The notes beneath the pieces are model-generated. The model made no database searches. It had not been told where the DNA came from and was given only the letters and a program-made list of their open reading frames with translations. A program made the position numbers and the translations under genes. 64,000 nucleotides of DNA from an uncultured Clostridia bacterium (GTDB taxonomy: Bacteria; Bacillota; Clostridia; Christensenellales; CAG-138), in NCBI GenBank assembly GCA_947306125.1, contig CAMZFO010000001.1, positions 3,153 through 67,152 on the forward strand, in the 5' to 3' direction. Below are positions 55,055-63,849 of the stretch, piece by piece; position 1 is the stretch's first letter, and each line of letters begins with the position of its first letter.

Positions 55055-55082
55055 ATTATAGCATATTTGTTCGGAAAGTCAA
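55055..55082 (-). promoter_or_regulatory. Sigma-A promoter of the polymerase gene, placed for a leaderless or near-leaderless mRNA
   Basis: Minus strand: TTGACT-16 nt-TATAAT-ACAGAC-ATG. The -10 ends only 6 nt before ATG 55048 and there is no SD. The spacer contains CGAACAAATATGC, a poor LexA-box-like string. Confidence 0.55.
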
Positions 55083-55140
55083 GAGGGAAATTTCGGAAAA
55101 ACGAAAAAATAATGAGGCGTGGGCCGCGCTCAAAACGGGC

Positions 55141-55170
55141 TTGCGCCCGCGAGGCGGGCGGTGATAAAAT
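55141..55170 (+). promoter_or_regulatory. Candidate sigma-A promoter of the second ECF sigma operon
   Basis: TTGCGC-18 nt-TAAAAT with TGA upstream of the -10, the same hexamers as the promoter at 1945-1973. Confidence 0.45.
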
Positions 55171-55270
55171 AGAGAGGAAGAAAAAATCCTCCCGAAAACG
55201 CGACCCGCCCGCCCCAAACGGCGCTTATATGGGTGAAGGCCTTCCATCATGAGGGAAAGGAGAAGAAGCT

Positions 55271-55831
55271 ATGGGCGACAATGAGATAGTCGAGCTGTTC
55301 CTGCGGCGGGATGAGGCCGCGATAGAGCGGACGGCGGAAAAATACGGCGGCCGCCTGCGCTCCCTGGCGTACGGCATAGTTACGGACAGGCAGACGGCCG
55401 AGGAATGCGAAAACGACGCCTATCTTGAGGCATGGGATTCGATACCGCCCCACGAGCCGAGAAGCTACCTTTACGCCTTTCTTGCGCGGATAGTGCGGCA
55501 CATCGGCCTGGACCGCTGCCGCGAGCGGACAAGGCTCAAGCGCAGCGCGTACATAGTGGAGCTCAGCCGGGAGCTGCAGGAGTGCATACCCGCACCGGAC
55601 GATACAGTGCGCCTCATTGACGATATGGCGCTTGCGGAGGCGATAAACGGCTTCCTCGGCGGGCTTTCCGCCGAAAAGCGCGGCGTGTTCATACGCAGGT
55701 ATTTCCACCTTGACTCCATAGCGGAGATCTCACATCGATTCGGCATTTCCGAAAGCAAGGTGAAATCAATGCTTTTCAGGTGCCGGAACAAGCTGCGGGA
55801 ACGCCTTGAAAAGGAGGGCTGTGAGATATGA
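55271..55831 (+). CDS. RNA polymerase sigma-70 family (ECF-type) sigma factor
   Basis: 186 aa: ...TAEECENDAYLEAWDSIP..., ...IAEISHRFGISESKVKSMLFRCRNKL. It is a paralog of 15887..16444. Confidence 0.85.
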   Translation: MGDNEIVELFLRRDEAAIERTAEKYGGRLRSLAYGIVTDRQTAEECENDAYLEAWDSIPPHEPRSYLYAFLARIVRHIGLDRCRERTRLKRSAYIVELSRELQECIPAPDDTVRLIDDMALAEAINGFLGGLSAEKRGVFIRRYFHLDSIAEISHRFGISESKVKSMLFRCRNKLRERLEKEGCEI

Positions 55832-56604
55832 ACGGCAATGAATTATTGGATAAAATGGAGCTTATCGCCCCCGCCTACATAGAGGCGGCGGAGGAAGCGC
55901 CCAAAAGAAAGCGCCCGTGGCTCAGATGGGCGGCTGCCGCGGCGGCGTGCATCGCGGCGGCGATAGGAGCGATCGCTATCATCCCCCATGGCGGCGAAAG
56001 CGAACACCATACCCAGCTTGCGCCGATAAAGCTTTCGGAAAAATCGACCGTCACCGTGGAGTACGGCTTCTGCGAGCCGGCCGCTTGGCGGGACACGGAG
56101 CTTACGCCTTACACCGAGAGGGAGATGTTTTCAAAGAGCAACACGGTCATCTTCATGGGCAGGGTGAGCGGGCTTGCGGACGTGAAGATCGACTTCAACG
56201 GCGAAAAGGATTGCCGCTGCATAGCGAGCCTTTACGTGGAGAAGGTCTATAAGCAGCCCTACGGCTGTGCTTTTGAACAGGGCGACGGGATAGACGTGCT
56301 GCTTCCCTGCGGGATAGAGATGGGCATGCCCGTTCCGGAGGGCGCCAGGACCATAGAATACATCGACAAGACGAGGCTCGGCATATTCATAGTCCAAAAG
56401 CTTGAGGATGGAGCTTGCGAGGAGCATAACGGCGCAGTGCTGATGCTGAAGGACCTTGCGCCCTACGTCATTGAGGACGGAGTCCGCTGGGCGTTCCTTT
56501 CCACCGACGATGGGCTCAAATTCTCGCGCAGCGACTACCCCGGCGCAAAGGACGCGATCGCCCTGGGCGATATCGAAAAGTACGTGCAGGAAATGCTGGG
56601 ATAA
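55828..56604 (+). CDS. Anti-sigma-factor-like membrane protein
   Basis: 258 aa with a 4-nt overlap on the sigma gene. ...APAYIEAAEEAPKRKRPWLRWAAAAAACIAAAIGAIAII is a single TM, followed by an extracytoplasmic domain. Confidence 0.7.
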   Translation: MNGNELLDKMELIAPAYIEAAEEAPKRKRPWLRWAAAAAACIAAAIGAIAIIPHGGESEHHTQLAPIKLSEKSTVTVEYGFCEPAAWRDTELTPYTEREMFSKSNTVIFMGRVSGLADVKIDFNGEKDCRCIASLYVEKVYKQPYGCAFEQGDGIDVLLPCGIEMGMPVPEGARTIEYIDKTRLGIFIVQKLEDGACEEHNGAVLMLKDLAPYVIEDGVRWAFLSTDDGLKFSRSDYPGAKDAIALGDIEKYVQEMLG

Positions 56605-56622
56605 TAAGCGTAACGCAAAGAG

Positions 56623-56657
56623 AAAAGACCTGTCGGTTCTTCCCGGCAGGTCTTTTT
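56623..56657. terminator. Bidirectional rho-independent terminator (ends the ECF operon and the lysine operon)
   Basis: AAAAGACCTGTCGG-TTCTTC-CCGGCAGGTCTTTTT. Confidence 0.8.
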
Positions 56658-56671
56658 CTGTATCAATACTG

Positions 56672-57460
56672 TTATTTCATCCCGCGCTTGACCATTTCGG
56701 TCACGGCGAAGGTGGCGACGTCGTCGGCGTACTTGCCGGCGCCGAAGCCCGCGTCATAGCCCAGCTCCTTGGCAAGCTCGTGCGTGATGCGCGCGCCGCC
56801 GCAGCAGACTATGAACCTGTCGCGCAGGCCCTCGGCCTCGAGATACTCGATGAGCTCGGTAAGGTTCTGGATGTGGATATCCTTCTGGGTGACGGTCTGC
56901 GAAACCAGGAGCACATCCGCGTTCACCTCGAGCGCCTTCTTCACGAACTCCTCGTTCGGGATCTGGGCGCCCCAGTTATAGGCCTCTATCATCTCGTAGC
57001 GCTCAAGGCCGTAATGTCCCGCAAAGCCCTTGCGGTTCATAATGGCGTCGATGCCGACGGTATGCGCGTCGGTGCCGGTGGAAGCGCCGACCATGACTAT
57101 CTTGCGGCCGAAATGCTCGCGGATGTACTCGTTCGTCTCCTCCATGCCCATCGTCTCCGCCTCGACGGTGACGACGTGGATATTCTCATAATCCACGGAA
57201 TGGACTACGGAGCCGTATACGACGAAGAAGGTGAATTCCTTATCAAGCGTTTTGGCGCAGGCGACGTTGGGCTCGTCAACGCCCATCTTGCGGACGAGCT
57301 GACGGGCGGCCTCGACGCCGCGCTCATCGTTCTTGACGGGCAGGGTGAAGGAGAACTGCACCTTGCCGTCGTTCATCGTGTCGCCGTAAGCCTTGACGCG
57401 GGTGGGATCGAAATGGGTATCGAAATCCGCTTTATGCGTATTGTAAAGTCCACTGCTCAT
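56672..57460 (-). CDS. kamE: D-lysine/beta-lysine 5,6-aminomutase beta subunit (B12-binding)
   Basis: 262 aa: ...VKAYGDTMNDGKVQFSFTLPV..., with a C-terminal B12-binding Rossmann module (...MVGASTGTDAHTVG...). Confidence 0.9.
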   Translation of the reverse strand: MSSGLYNTHKADFDTHFDPTRVKAYGDTMNDGKVQFSFTLPVKNDERGVEAARQLVRKMGVDEPNVACAKTLDKEFTFFVVYGSVVHSVDYENIHVVTVEAETMGMEETNEYIREHFGRKIVMVGASTGTDAHTVGIDAIMNRKGFAGHYGLERYEMIEAYNWGAQIPNEEFVKKALEVNADVLLVSQTVTQKDIHIQNLTELIEYLEAEGLRDRFIVCCGGARITHELAKELGYDAGFGAGKYADDVATFAVTEMVKRGMK

Positions 57461-57463
57461 AAC

Positions 57464-59017
57464 TTACAGGCTCCTTTTCATAAGCTCGATGAAGGGGTTG
57501 AAATAGACAGCGTCCTTGCGGGTGACGCCGGCCAAGCCCTTGCCGCCGTCGCGCGAGCGCTTGATGTCGGCGAAGATGCCCTTTTCCAGAGTGGCGAAGA
57601 GGCCCATCTTCTCGATCTCGCCGAGAAGGTCGGTCGCCTTCTGCAGCACCTCGTTCGCCCTGGTCTCCATTATGCCTCCCTCGCGGAAGGTGATATCGTC
57701 GCCCAGGTCGTGCATGGTGCGGAATATGTACTGCGCGTTCTCGATGGAAAGCGCGCGGTCGCTCATGAACGGCGTGTGGATAGCCTCGGTCAGCATGCCC
57801 AGAAGGTGCAGCTTCTGCCCGGTCAGAATGGTGACGATATTGAACAGGGCGTCCTGCACGTGGCCGCGGAAGATATTGCCCGTCATAAACTTGGTCGGGG
57901 GCATATACTTCAGCGGAGCCTTGGGGAATATCTGCCTTGCCATCTGCGCCTGCGCGAGCTCGTAAAGGAAGCCGTTCGGGACGTCGGGATCGATCTCGAA
58001 CGCATGGCCCAGGCCCTGCTGCTCCTCGGGCAGACCCGCTTCGAGCGCGAACTGCTCGTTCAGGAACTGGGAGGCAAGCACCGTATGCGCCTCCTCGACG
58101 GCGTCCGCGGTGGTCAGATAGTTATCCTCGCCGGTGTTTATGATAACGCCCGCGAAGGAGTTGATGACGCGGCTCATGAACTGGTCGATGATGGTGCGCT
58201 GGGGGTTAATATCGCGGAAGAGTATGCCGTAAAGCGCGTCGTTGAGCATAACGTCGAGCCTTTCCAGCGCGCCCATAGCCGCGATCTCCGGCATACAGAG
58301 GCCGGAGCAGTAGTTGCACAGCCTTATATAGCGGTGCTGCTCCTCGCCCACCTCGTCCAGCGCGGCGCGCATGAGGCGGAAATTCTCCTGAGTGGCGTAG
58401 GTGCCGCCGAAGCCCTCGGTGGTCGCGCCATAGGGAACGTAATCCAAAAGGCTCTGGCCCGTGGTGCGGATAACGGCGATGATATCCGCGCCCTGCTTCG
58501 CCGCCGCCTTCGCCTGGGTGATATCCTCATAGATATTACCGGTCGCGACGATGACGTAAAGGTAGGGATCGGTCTTATCGCCGAACTCGTTCAAATACTC
58601 GTTTCGCTTTGCAACGTTCTTTCTGATCCTTTCGACGGTCGCTTCGGCGACGGGCATAATGACCGAGCGTATCTCCCCGATCGAGTGGGGCGGCAGAGAG
58701 GAAAGATCTATGCTGCCGTCGTCTATGCCCTCGGCGATAGCCTGCGGATCCTTGCCCGTATCGAGCATCGCAAGGCCGATAAGATACGCCGCGCCGACGC
58801 CGAGCAGGCCCTTCTCGGACATATGGTCGACGACCACGTTGGGAAGGGGGACGTCCAGAGCGTTCACTCCGTCTATGCCCAGCAGGCGGCAGACGGTGCG
58901 CTCGACGGTGACGGTCGTATGAAGGTCGATAAAGCTCTGCGTATCGACCGCGATGCGGTGAGCGGATTCGCGGGCCTTATCGACATTCGCCTGATTCAGA
59001 TGAAGCTTCTCATTCAT
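57464..59017 (-). CDS. kamD: D-lysine/beta-lysine 5,6-aminomutase alpha subunit
   Basis: Start at ATG 59017 (MNEKLHLNQANVDKARE...), overlapping the kamA 3' end by 8 nt. About 517 aa, the expected size. The track start 59059 is an extension. Confidence 0.9.
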   Translation of the reverse strand: MNEKLHLNQANVDKARESAHRIAVDTQSFIDLHTTVTVERTVCRLLGIDGVNALDVPLPNVVVDHMSEKGLLGVGAAYLIGLAMLDTGKDPQAIAEGIDDGSIDLSSLPPHSIGEIRSVIMPVAEATVERIRKNVAKRNEYLNEFGDKTDPYLYVIVATGNIYEDITQAKAAAKQGADIIAVIRTTGQSLLDYVPYGATTEGFGGTYATQENFRLMRAALDEVGEEQHRYIRLCNYCSGLCMPEIAAMGALERLDVMLNDALYGILFRDINPQRTIIDQFMSRVINSFAGVIINTGEDNYLTTADAVEEAHTVLASQFLNEQFALEAGLPEEQQGLGHAFEIDPDVPNGFLYELAQAQMARQIFPKAPLKYMPPTKFMTGNIFRGHVQDALFNIVTILTGQKLHLLGMLTEAIHTPFMSDRALSIENAQYIFRTMHDLGDDITFREGGIMETRANEVLQKATDLLGEIEKMGLFATLEKGIFADIKRSRDGGKGLAGVTRKDAVYFNPFIELMKRSL

Positions 59018-60290
59018 GCTTTCTGCCCCTTTCGAGACGGGCAAGTCCTCTGGGCTCAAGGGAGATATTGCCGTCCTGACGGCCCTGCTCGAGACCCGCT
59101 ACGCCTACGAGATCGGGCTGCTCCTCACGCGCCTTGCGGCATACCTCGCAATGGCAGTCCTCAACGTAGTTCTCGGGCTCGGTATAGGTGGTGATAACGC
59201 CCTCGAAGTTGCGGAGTATGGTCTTCCTGGGGGTCTGGCTGATCACGTAATTGGGCATTACGGGAGTCTTGCCGCCGCCGCCGGGAGCATCCACGACGAA
59301 CGTGGGTACGGCATAGCCGGAGGTGTGACCGCGCAGGCCTTCGATGATCTCGATACCCTTGGAAACGGGGGTGCGGAAATGGGTGAGACCCATGGAGAGG
59401 TCGCAGACGTAGATATAATAGGGACGAACCCTGATATAGACGAGCGCCTGAACGAGCTTCTTCATGACGTGCACACAGTCGTTTACGCCGTGGAGGAGCA
59501 CGGTCTGGTTGCCGAGGGGGATACCGGCGTCGGCGAGCATGGCGCAGGCGCGGCGGGACTCCTCGGTGATCTCCTTGGGATGGTTGAAGTGAGTGTTCAG
59601 CCAGATGGGATGATACTTCTTGAGCATATTGCAGAGCTCGGGAGTGATCCTCTGGGGACATACGACGGGGGTGCGGGAGCCGAGACGGACGATCTCGACG
59701 TGGGGGATCTTCCTGAGCTCGGAGATGATGTACTCGAGCTTTTCATCGGAGATCATCAGCACGTCGCCGCCGGAGAGCAGAACGTCGCGCACTTCGGGAT
59801 GGTTCCTGATGTATTCGAGGCAGCCCTCGATCTGGCAGTCGGGAACGGCGGTGTCGGTCTGGCCTGCGAAACGCCTCCTCGTGCAGTGGCGGCAGTACAT
59901 GGAGCACTGGTCGGTGACGAGGAAGAGCACGCGGTCGGGATACCTGTGGGTGAGACCGGGAACGGGAGAATCGGTGTCCTCATGCAGAGGATCGAGCTGA
60001 TCTTCGGGAGCCTGATAGAGCTCCGCGGCCGTGGGGATCGCCTGACGCCTTACGGGATCGAAGGGATCGTCGGGATCGATGAGGGAGAGATAATAGGGCG
60101 TGATCGCCATGCGGAGGGTGCCGAGGCACTTCTTAACGCCGTCCTCCTCCTCGGGGGTAAGCTTGACGTATTTTTTGAGATCCTCAAGGGTCTCTACGCG
60201 GTTGGCGACCTGCCAATGCCAGTCGTTCCAAAGCTCATCGGGAATATCCTTGAAAAGTCCGTATGCACGGCTCTGATTGATGGTGACCAT
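59010..60290 (-). CDS. kamA: L-lysine 2,3-aminomutase (radical SAM)
   Basis: 426 aa with radical-SAM motif CSMYCRHCTRR: ...LTHRYPDRVLFLVTDQC..., ...VRDVLLSGGD... Confidence 0.95.
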   Translation of the reverse strand: MVTINQSRAYGLFKDIPDELWNDWHWQVANRVETLEDLKKYVKLTPEEEDGVKKCLGTLRMAITPYYLSLIDPDDPFDPVRRQAIPTAAELYQAPEDQLDPLHEDTDSPVPGLTHRYPDRVLFLVTDQCSMYCRHCTRRRFAGQTDTAVPDCQIEGCLEYIRNHPEVRDVLLSGGDVLMISDEKLEYIISELRKIPHVEIVRLGSRTPVVCPQRITPELCNMLKKYHPIWLNTHFNHPKEITEESRRACAMLADAGIPLGNQTVLLHGVNDCVHVMKKLVQALVYIRVRPYYIYVCDLSMGLTHFRTPVSKGIEIIEGLRGHTSGYAVPTFVVDAPGGGGKTPVMPNYVISQTPRKTILRNFEGVITTYTEPENYVEDCHCEVCRKAREEQPDLVGVAGLEQGRQDGNISLEPRGLARLERGRKHE

Positions 60291-60331
60291 AGTTTTTCCT
60301 TTCTTGATCTCGGATCGTTCTTATACTTGAA

Positions 60332-60979
60332 TCAGTTGACGCCTTGTGTCAGCGCGTTTTCGACGTCGAATGCAACGTCCTTGAATACAGGCCCGTACTT
60401 GGTCTCGCAGCTTAAGGGAGCGAAGCCCTGAACGGTGTATACCCTCTCGTTCTCGACGACGTACTTGACGAGCCATGTTTTCTCGATCTCGCCGGTCTTC
60501 TTATACTCGGCGGTGGACGAGATGCTCAGGCAGACGTAGTTGTCGAATTTCTCGAACTTGAAATCGTCCACGGTGTATTCCGCGTTCTGGGAATCGACCA
60601 TGCCGAGCGCGATCTTCAGGTATTCGAGCGCCTCTTCGTCGGTATACGCGGCTATCTCCGCATATTTGCGGGTCGGGACCTTGTAATACGCGGTGGAATT
60701 CTCGTAATCGATGAAGGAATCGTAAAACTCATAGGTGAGCACGCCCTTATCATCCGCGGTATTGGCGACGAAGGCCTCCTCCTCTTCGGACGACCTGACG
60801 AAGCAGTCAAGGTAGCTGAAGGTGACTGCCGTGCCGTCGTCATAGGGCACGTAGCTCACCTCGCCGTAATTGACGTCGGTGGGGCCTTCGGGAGCGTATT
60901 TCTTTTCCCCGCAGCCCGTCATGAACGGAACGGCGGCCAGTACAGCAAGGCACAGAATAAGGGAAATCAACTTTTTCAT
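60332..60979 (-). CDS. Hypothetical lipoprotein embedded in the lysine fermentation operon
   Basis: Start at ATG 60979 (GGAG SD 6 nt upstream): MKKLISLILCLAVLAAVPFMTGCGEKK (lipobox MTGC). 215 aa. I recognise no family. The track start 61084 overlaps kdd. Confidence 0.7.
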   Translation of the reverse strand: MKKLISLILCLAVLAAVPFMTGCGEKKYAPEGPTDVNYGEVSYVPYDDGTAVTFSYLDCFVRSSEEEEAFVANTADDKGVLTYEFYDSFIDYENSTAYYKVPTRKYAEIAAYTDEEALEYLKIALGMVDSQNAEYTVDDFKFEKFDNYVCLSISSTAEYKKTGEIEKTWLVKYVVENERVYTVQGFAPLSCETKYGPVFKDVAFDVENALTQGVN

Positions 60980-61043
60980 TGGGAACTCCATTCGGATAAA
61001 AGGCCGCTCCCGCTTTGATCGGCGGGGGCGGCGCGGCTTATTA

Positions 61044-62084
61044 TCAGCAGTATTTCTCGTCGAAGAGCTTGCGGAGCTTCGCATTCTCGCGCAGAACGTT
61101 CAGGGTGATTTCGGCGTGATCCTTGGTGTATCCGTTGCCGATGATCATGGTGACGTCCTTGCCGATGCCCTCGGCGCCCAGAGCCGCCTTGGTGAAGGAG
61201 GTGGCCATGGAGAAGAAGTAGACGATACCGTCGTCGCGGACGGGGAGGATCGCGCTCATCTCGCAGGACTCGACGTTGACGCAGCAGATGGAGATATCAT
61301 ACTCCTTGCCGTCGTTCGCCTCGAGAGCGGCGTTCAGAACGGCGATAGGCTCGGTCGCGGAGGCGACGACGACCTTGTTGTAAACGCCCAGCTCCATCAG
61401 AGCGGGGACCTGCTTCGGGTTCCTGACGACGCCGACGACGTTGCCCTTGGGGCCGACCTTCTTCATGGCCTCATAGCCGCAGAGAACGCCGGACTTGCCG
61501 TTTGCGCCGAGAATGAGGACGCTGTCGCCCTCCTTGGGGAGCTTGCGCGCCTGAGCGGGAGCGCCGGCGACGTCGAGGGCAGCGAGGGCGAGAGGCTCGC
61601 TCATGTCATCGGGCAGCTTGGCATAGATGCCGCTCTCGAACAGGACGGCCTGACCGATGATGTCGACGCGGTCGATCTCCTTATGGATGGCAAGTATCTT
61701 GTCGATCTTGAGAGGAGTGAGGGAAAGGGAAACGAGGGAAGCGATCTTATCGCCGACCTTGAGGTCGCGGTCCGCAAGATCCTCGCCGATATAGGCGACC
61801 TTGCCGATGAACATGCCGCCGGAACCGGTGACGGGGTTCTGCTGCTTGCCGCGCTCCGCCACGATGCCCATGATCATTTCGCCGATCTTCTGCTCGTCGC
61901 CGCCGCAGGCCTCCTCGATCTGAGTGAAGGAAGCGGAGTCGATGTTCAGGGAGATGACGTCGCAGATGATCTCGTTGGAATAGCGCTTGGTCATGTCGTT
62001 GTCGATCTTCCAAGCTGCCTGAGTGAGAACGCCCTGGGGCTCGATGACCCTGTGAGTACCGTACTTGTTGCCTTTGAGTGCCAT
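61044..62084 (-). CDS. kdd: L-erythro-3,5-diaminohexanoate dehydrogenase
   Basis: 346 aa: MALKGNKYGTHRVIEPQGVLTQAAWKIDNDM... and a Rossmann segment ...VLILGANGKSG..., consistent with Kdd and with the pathway context. Confidence 0.85.
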   Translation of the reverse strand: MALKGNKYGTHRVIEPQGVLTQAAWKIDNDMTKRYSNEIICDVISLNIDSASFTQIEEACGGDEQKIGEMIMGIVAERGKQQNPVTGSGGMFIGKVAYIGEDLADRDLKVGDKIASLVSLSLTPLKIDKILAIHKEIDRVDIIGQAVLFESGIYAKLPDDMSEPLALAALDVAGAPAQARKLPKEGDSVLILGANGKSGVLCGYEAMKKVGPKGNVVGVVRNPKQVPALMELGVYNKVVVASATEPIAVLNAALEANDGKEYDISICCVNVESCEMSAILPVRDDGIVYFFSMATSFTKAALGAEGIGKDVTMIIGNGYTKDHAEITLNVLRENAKLRKLFDEKYC

Positions 62085-62261
62085 AAATTAATATCTCCTT
62101 TTTGTTATTTTTGCCAATTCTTTTATGTTCTGAATATTTCACGACGCGATCCTGCTTAAACAAACAGATAAACTGTTCAATATGCTTTCGGCGCCTTACA
62201 CTGCGGGGATCATGATCCGCTTCGCGGATAACCCCCCTCTTGTTTTTCTCGCCTTCTGCTC

Positions 62262-62289
62262 GAAAAACATTCTCCCCCCGCTGGGAGAA
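62262..62289 (-). terminator. Terminator-like hairpin inside the kce-kdd intergenic gap (possible internal attenuator)
   Basis: Minus strand: TTCTCCC-AGCGG-GGGAGAA followed by TGTTTTTCG, within a 268-nt gap inside an otherwise tightly packed operon. Confidence 0.4.
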
Positions 62290-62352
62290 CGCGCTGACCC
62301 GCGCGGCTCCCGTTGGTCGCAGGATTTCTTTCTAAAAGCCTACTGTCAGGTC

Positions 62353-63180
62353 TTACTTTAAGGGTTTAAGAGAAAGTATGCGCCTTGCTTCCTCGGGAGA
62401 AGCGATCTCGCGGCCGAGCTCGCGGGAGAGGCGGACGACCTTTTCGACCAGCTCGCCGTTGGAGGCGGCCTTTACGCCGCGGGAGAGATAGATATTATCC
62501 TCGAAGCCCACGCGTACGTTGCCGCCCATAACGATGGTGGGAGCGGCAAGTGTGAAGGCGGAGCGGCCAACGCCGGTGGCGGTCCAGGTGGAGCCCGCGG
62601 GGATGGCGTCTACCATCCAGCAGAGGTTCTTGACCGTGGCGGGAGTGCAGCCCTTGACGCCGAGCACGAAGTTGAACTGCATCGGATCGCCGGGGACCTC
62701 GCCCTTGCGCGCCATATCGAGAATGGTGTCGATATGGCCCATCTCGAAGCACTCGTATTCGGGCTTGATGCCGTTCTCGATCATGCGCTTGCCGAACGCG
62801 CGCATGGTGGGCATGGTGTTATCGAATATCTCGTCGCCGAAATTGCAGGTGCCGCAATCGAGGGTCGCCATTTCGGGGAAGAGCTCGGTGGGCTGGAGCC
62901 TCTCCTCGGGGCTCATGCCGGTGGCGCCGCCCGTGGAGGGGATCATTATGACGTCGGGAAGCTCGCGGCGGATGGCATCCATTACGACGCGGAAGCGCTC
63001 GCGGCTCTGGGTGGGAGTGCCGTCGTCCTCGCGGACGTGGACGTGGATGATCGCGGCGCCCGCGTTATAGGCGGAACGGGCCTCGTTCACCATTTCCTCA
63101 ACGGTATAGGGCACGGCGGGATTATGCGCCTTGGTGACTTCCGCACCGCAGATAGCGGCGGTGATTATCAGCTTTTCCAT
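62353..63180 (-). CDS. kce: 3-keto-5-aminohexanoate cleavage enzyme (BKACE family)
   Basis: 275 aa: MEKLIITAAICGAEVTKAHNPAVPYTVEEMVNEA..., ...IIHVHVRED... Confidence 0.9.
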   Translation of the reverse strand: MEKLIITAAICGAEVTKAHNPAVPYTVEEMVNEARSAYNAGAAIIHVHVREDDGTPTQSRERFRVVMDAIRRELPDVIMIPSTGGATGMSPEERLQPTELFPEMATLDCGTCNFGDEIFDNTMPTMRAFGKRMIENGIKPEYECFEMGHIDTILDMARKGEVPGDPMQFNFVLGVKGCTPATVKNLCWMVDAIPAGSTWTATGVGRSAFTLAAPTIVMGGNVRVGFEDNIYLSRGVKAASNGELVEKVVRLSRELGREIASPEEARRILSLKPLK

Positions 63181-63198
63181 TGCGAATATCCTTCCTTA

Positions 63199-63606
63199 TC
63201 AGAGATTCTCGTAATTGCCGCGCTTCTTGTCCTTGGGGACCACGCAGGTGCCGGAAGCCCTGCAGACGACGATGGGCTCGGCCAGAACGTCGCACGCGGA
63301 ATCGTTGATATCGGGGCGGGGCATAATGACCTTCCTGGCCTCGAACACCATCTTGCGGGAGGTGTTGCCGATATGGGTGATCTCGCCGTAAGCTTCGATA
63401 TAATCGCCGGCGAACACGGGAGCGATGAACTCGACCATATCGTATGCCTTGAAGAGCCCCTCGTCGCCGTCGAGCTTGATCAGAAGCTCGGTCGCAACGT
63501 CGCCGAAGAGAGCGAGCATATGCGCGCCGTCAACGAGGTTTCCGCCGTAATGCGCGTCCTGCGCGCTCATGCGGAGACGAATCGTGGATGTGATCTTGTT
63601 TTCCAT
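63199..63606 (-). CDS. kal: 3-aminobutyryl-CoA ammonia-lyase (hot-dog fold)
   Basis: Start at ATG 63606 (GGAGG SD 9 nt upstream): [42 protein letters not shown]... 135 aa. Size and context fit Kal. The track start 63792 runs through the riboswitch. Confidence 0.8.
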   Translation of the reverse strand: MENKITSTIRLRMSAQDAHYGGNLVDGAHMLALFGDVATELLIKLDGDEGLFKAYDMVEFIAPVFAGDYIEAYGEITHIGNTSRKMVFEARKVIMPRPDINDSACDVLAEPIVVCRASGTCVVPKDKKRGNYENL

Positions 63607-63636
63607 AAGTATAGACCTCCGTGTGAAATGTTTTTG

Positions 63637-63687
63637 AAAAAAAGGCGCTCCTGCATGCGACCCCGAAGGATCGCTGCATAGCGCACC
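63637..63687 (-). terminator. Long intrinsic terminator that forms the expression platform of the L-box
   Basis: Minus strand: GGTGCGC-TA-TGCAGCGATCC-TTCG-GGGTCGC(A)TGCA-GGA-GCGCC followed by TTTTTTT. It lies 30 nt upstream of the kal ATG. Confidence 0.8.
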
Positions 63688-63849
63688 ATTGACATAATCA
63701 ATGACAGTCGCACGGCGCTTGGCCGTACGCCCAGATGCGCCCTCTGCGGATAAAAGCACACCTTCGGCAGGAGAGCCATTCACGCACCGCAAACGGGCTC
63801 CGCAGCCCAGCGCGGCGCGTTACCTGAACCCCTGCGCCTCTACTTCACC
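63688..63849 (-). promoter_or_regulatory. Lysine riboswitch (L-box/LYS element) aptamer
   Basis: Minus strand has, in canonical order: GGUGAAGUAGAGGCGC, ...CCUGCCGAAGG, P3 GGUGUGC/GCGCAUC, UCUGG, P4 CGUACGGC-CAAGC-GCCGUGCG, ACUGUCA, P5 CAUUGA-UUAUG-UCAAUG. The 5' end closely resembles the B. subtilis lysC leader (GGUGAAGAUAGAGGUGC) as I remember it. Confidence 0.75.

Noticed and set aside
55061-55076. LexA (Cheo) box in the polymerase promoter spacer
   Set aside because: Only the CGAAC half-site matches. The second half reads ATGC instead of GTTC. This is too weak to call an SOS operator.
56456-59194. 912-aa plus-strand ORF spanning the kamE/kamD region
   Set aside because: It is antisense to two well-recognised genes (5,6-aminomutase subunits). 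The product is low-complexity (Arg/Gly/Ala/His/Leu-rich) and there is no SD. The same reasoning applies to 59016..60431 (antisense to kamA), 60870..62159 (antisense to kdd) and 62734..63681.
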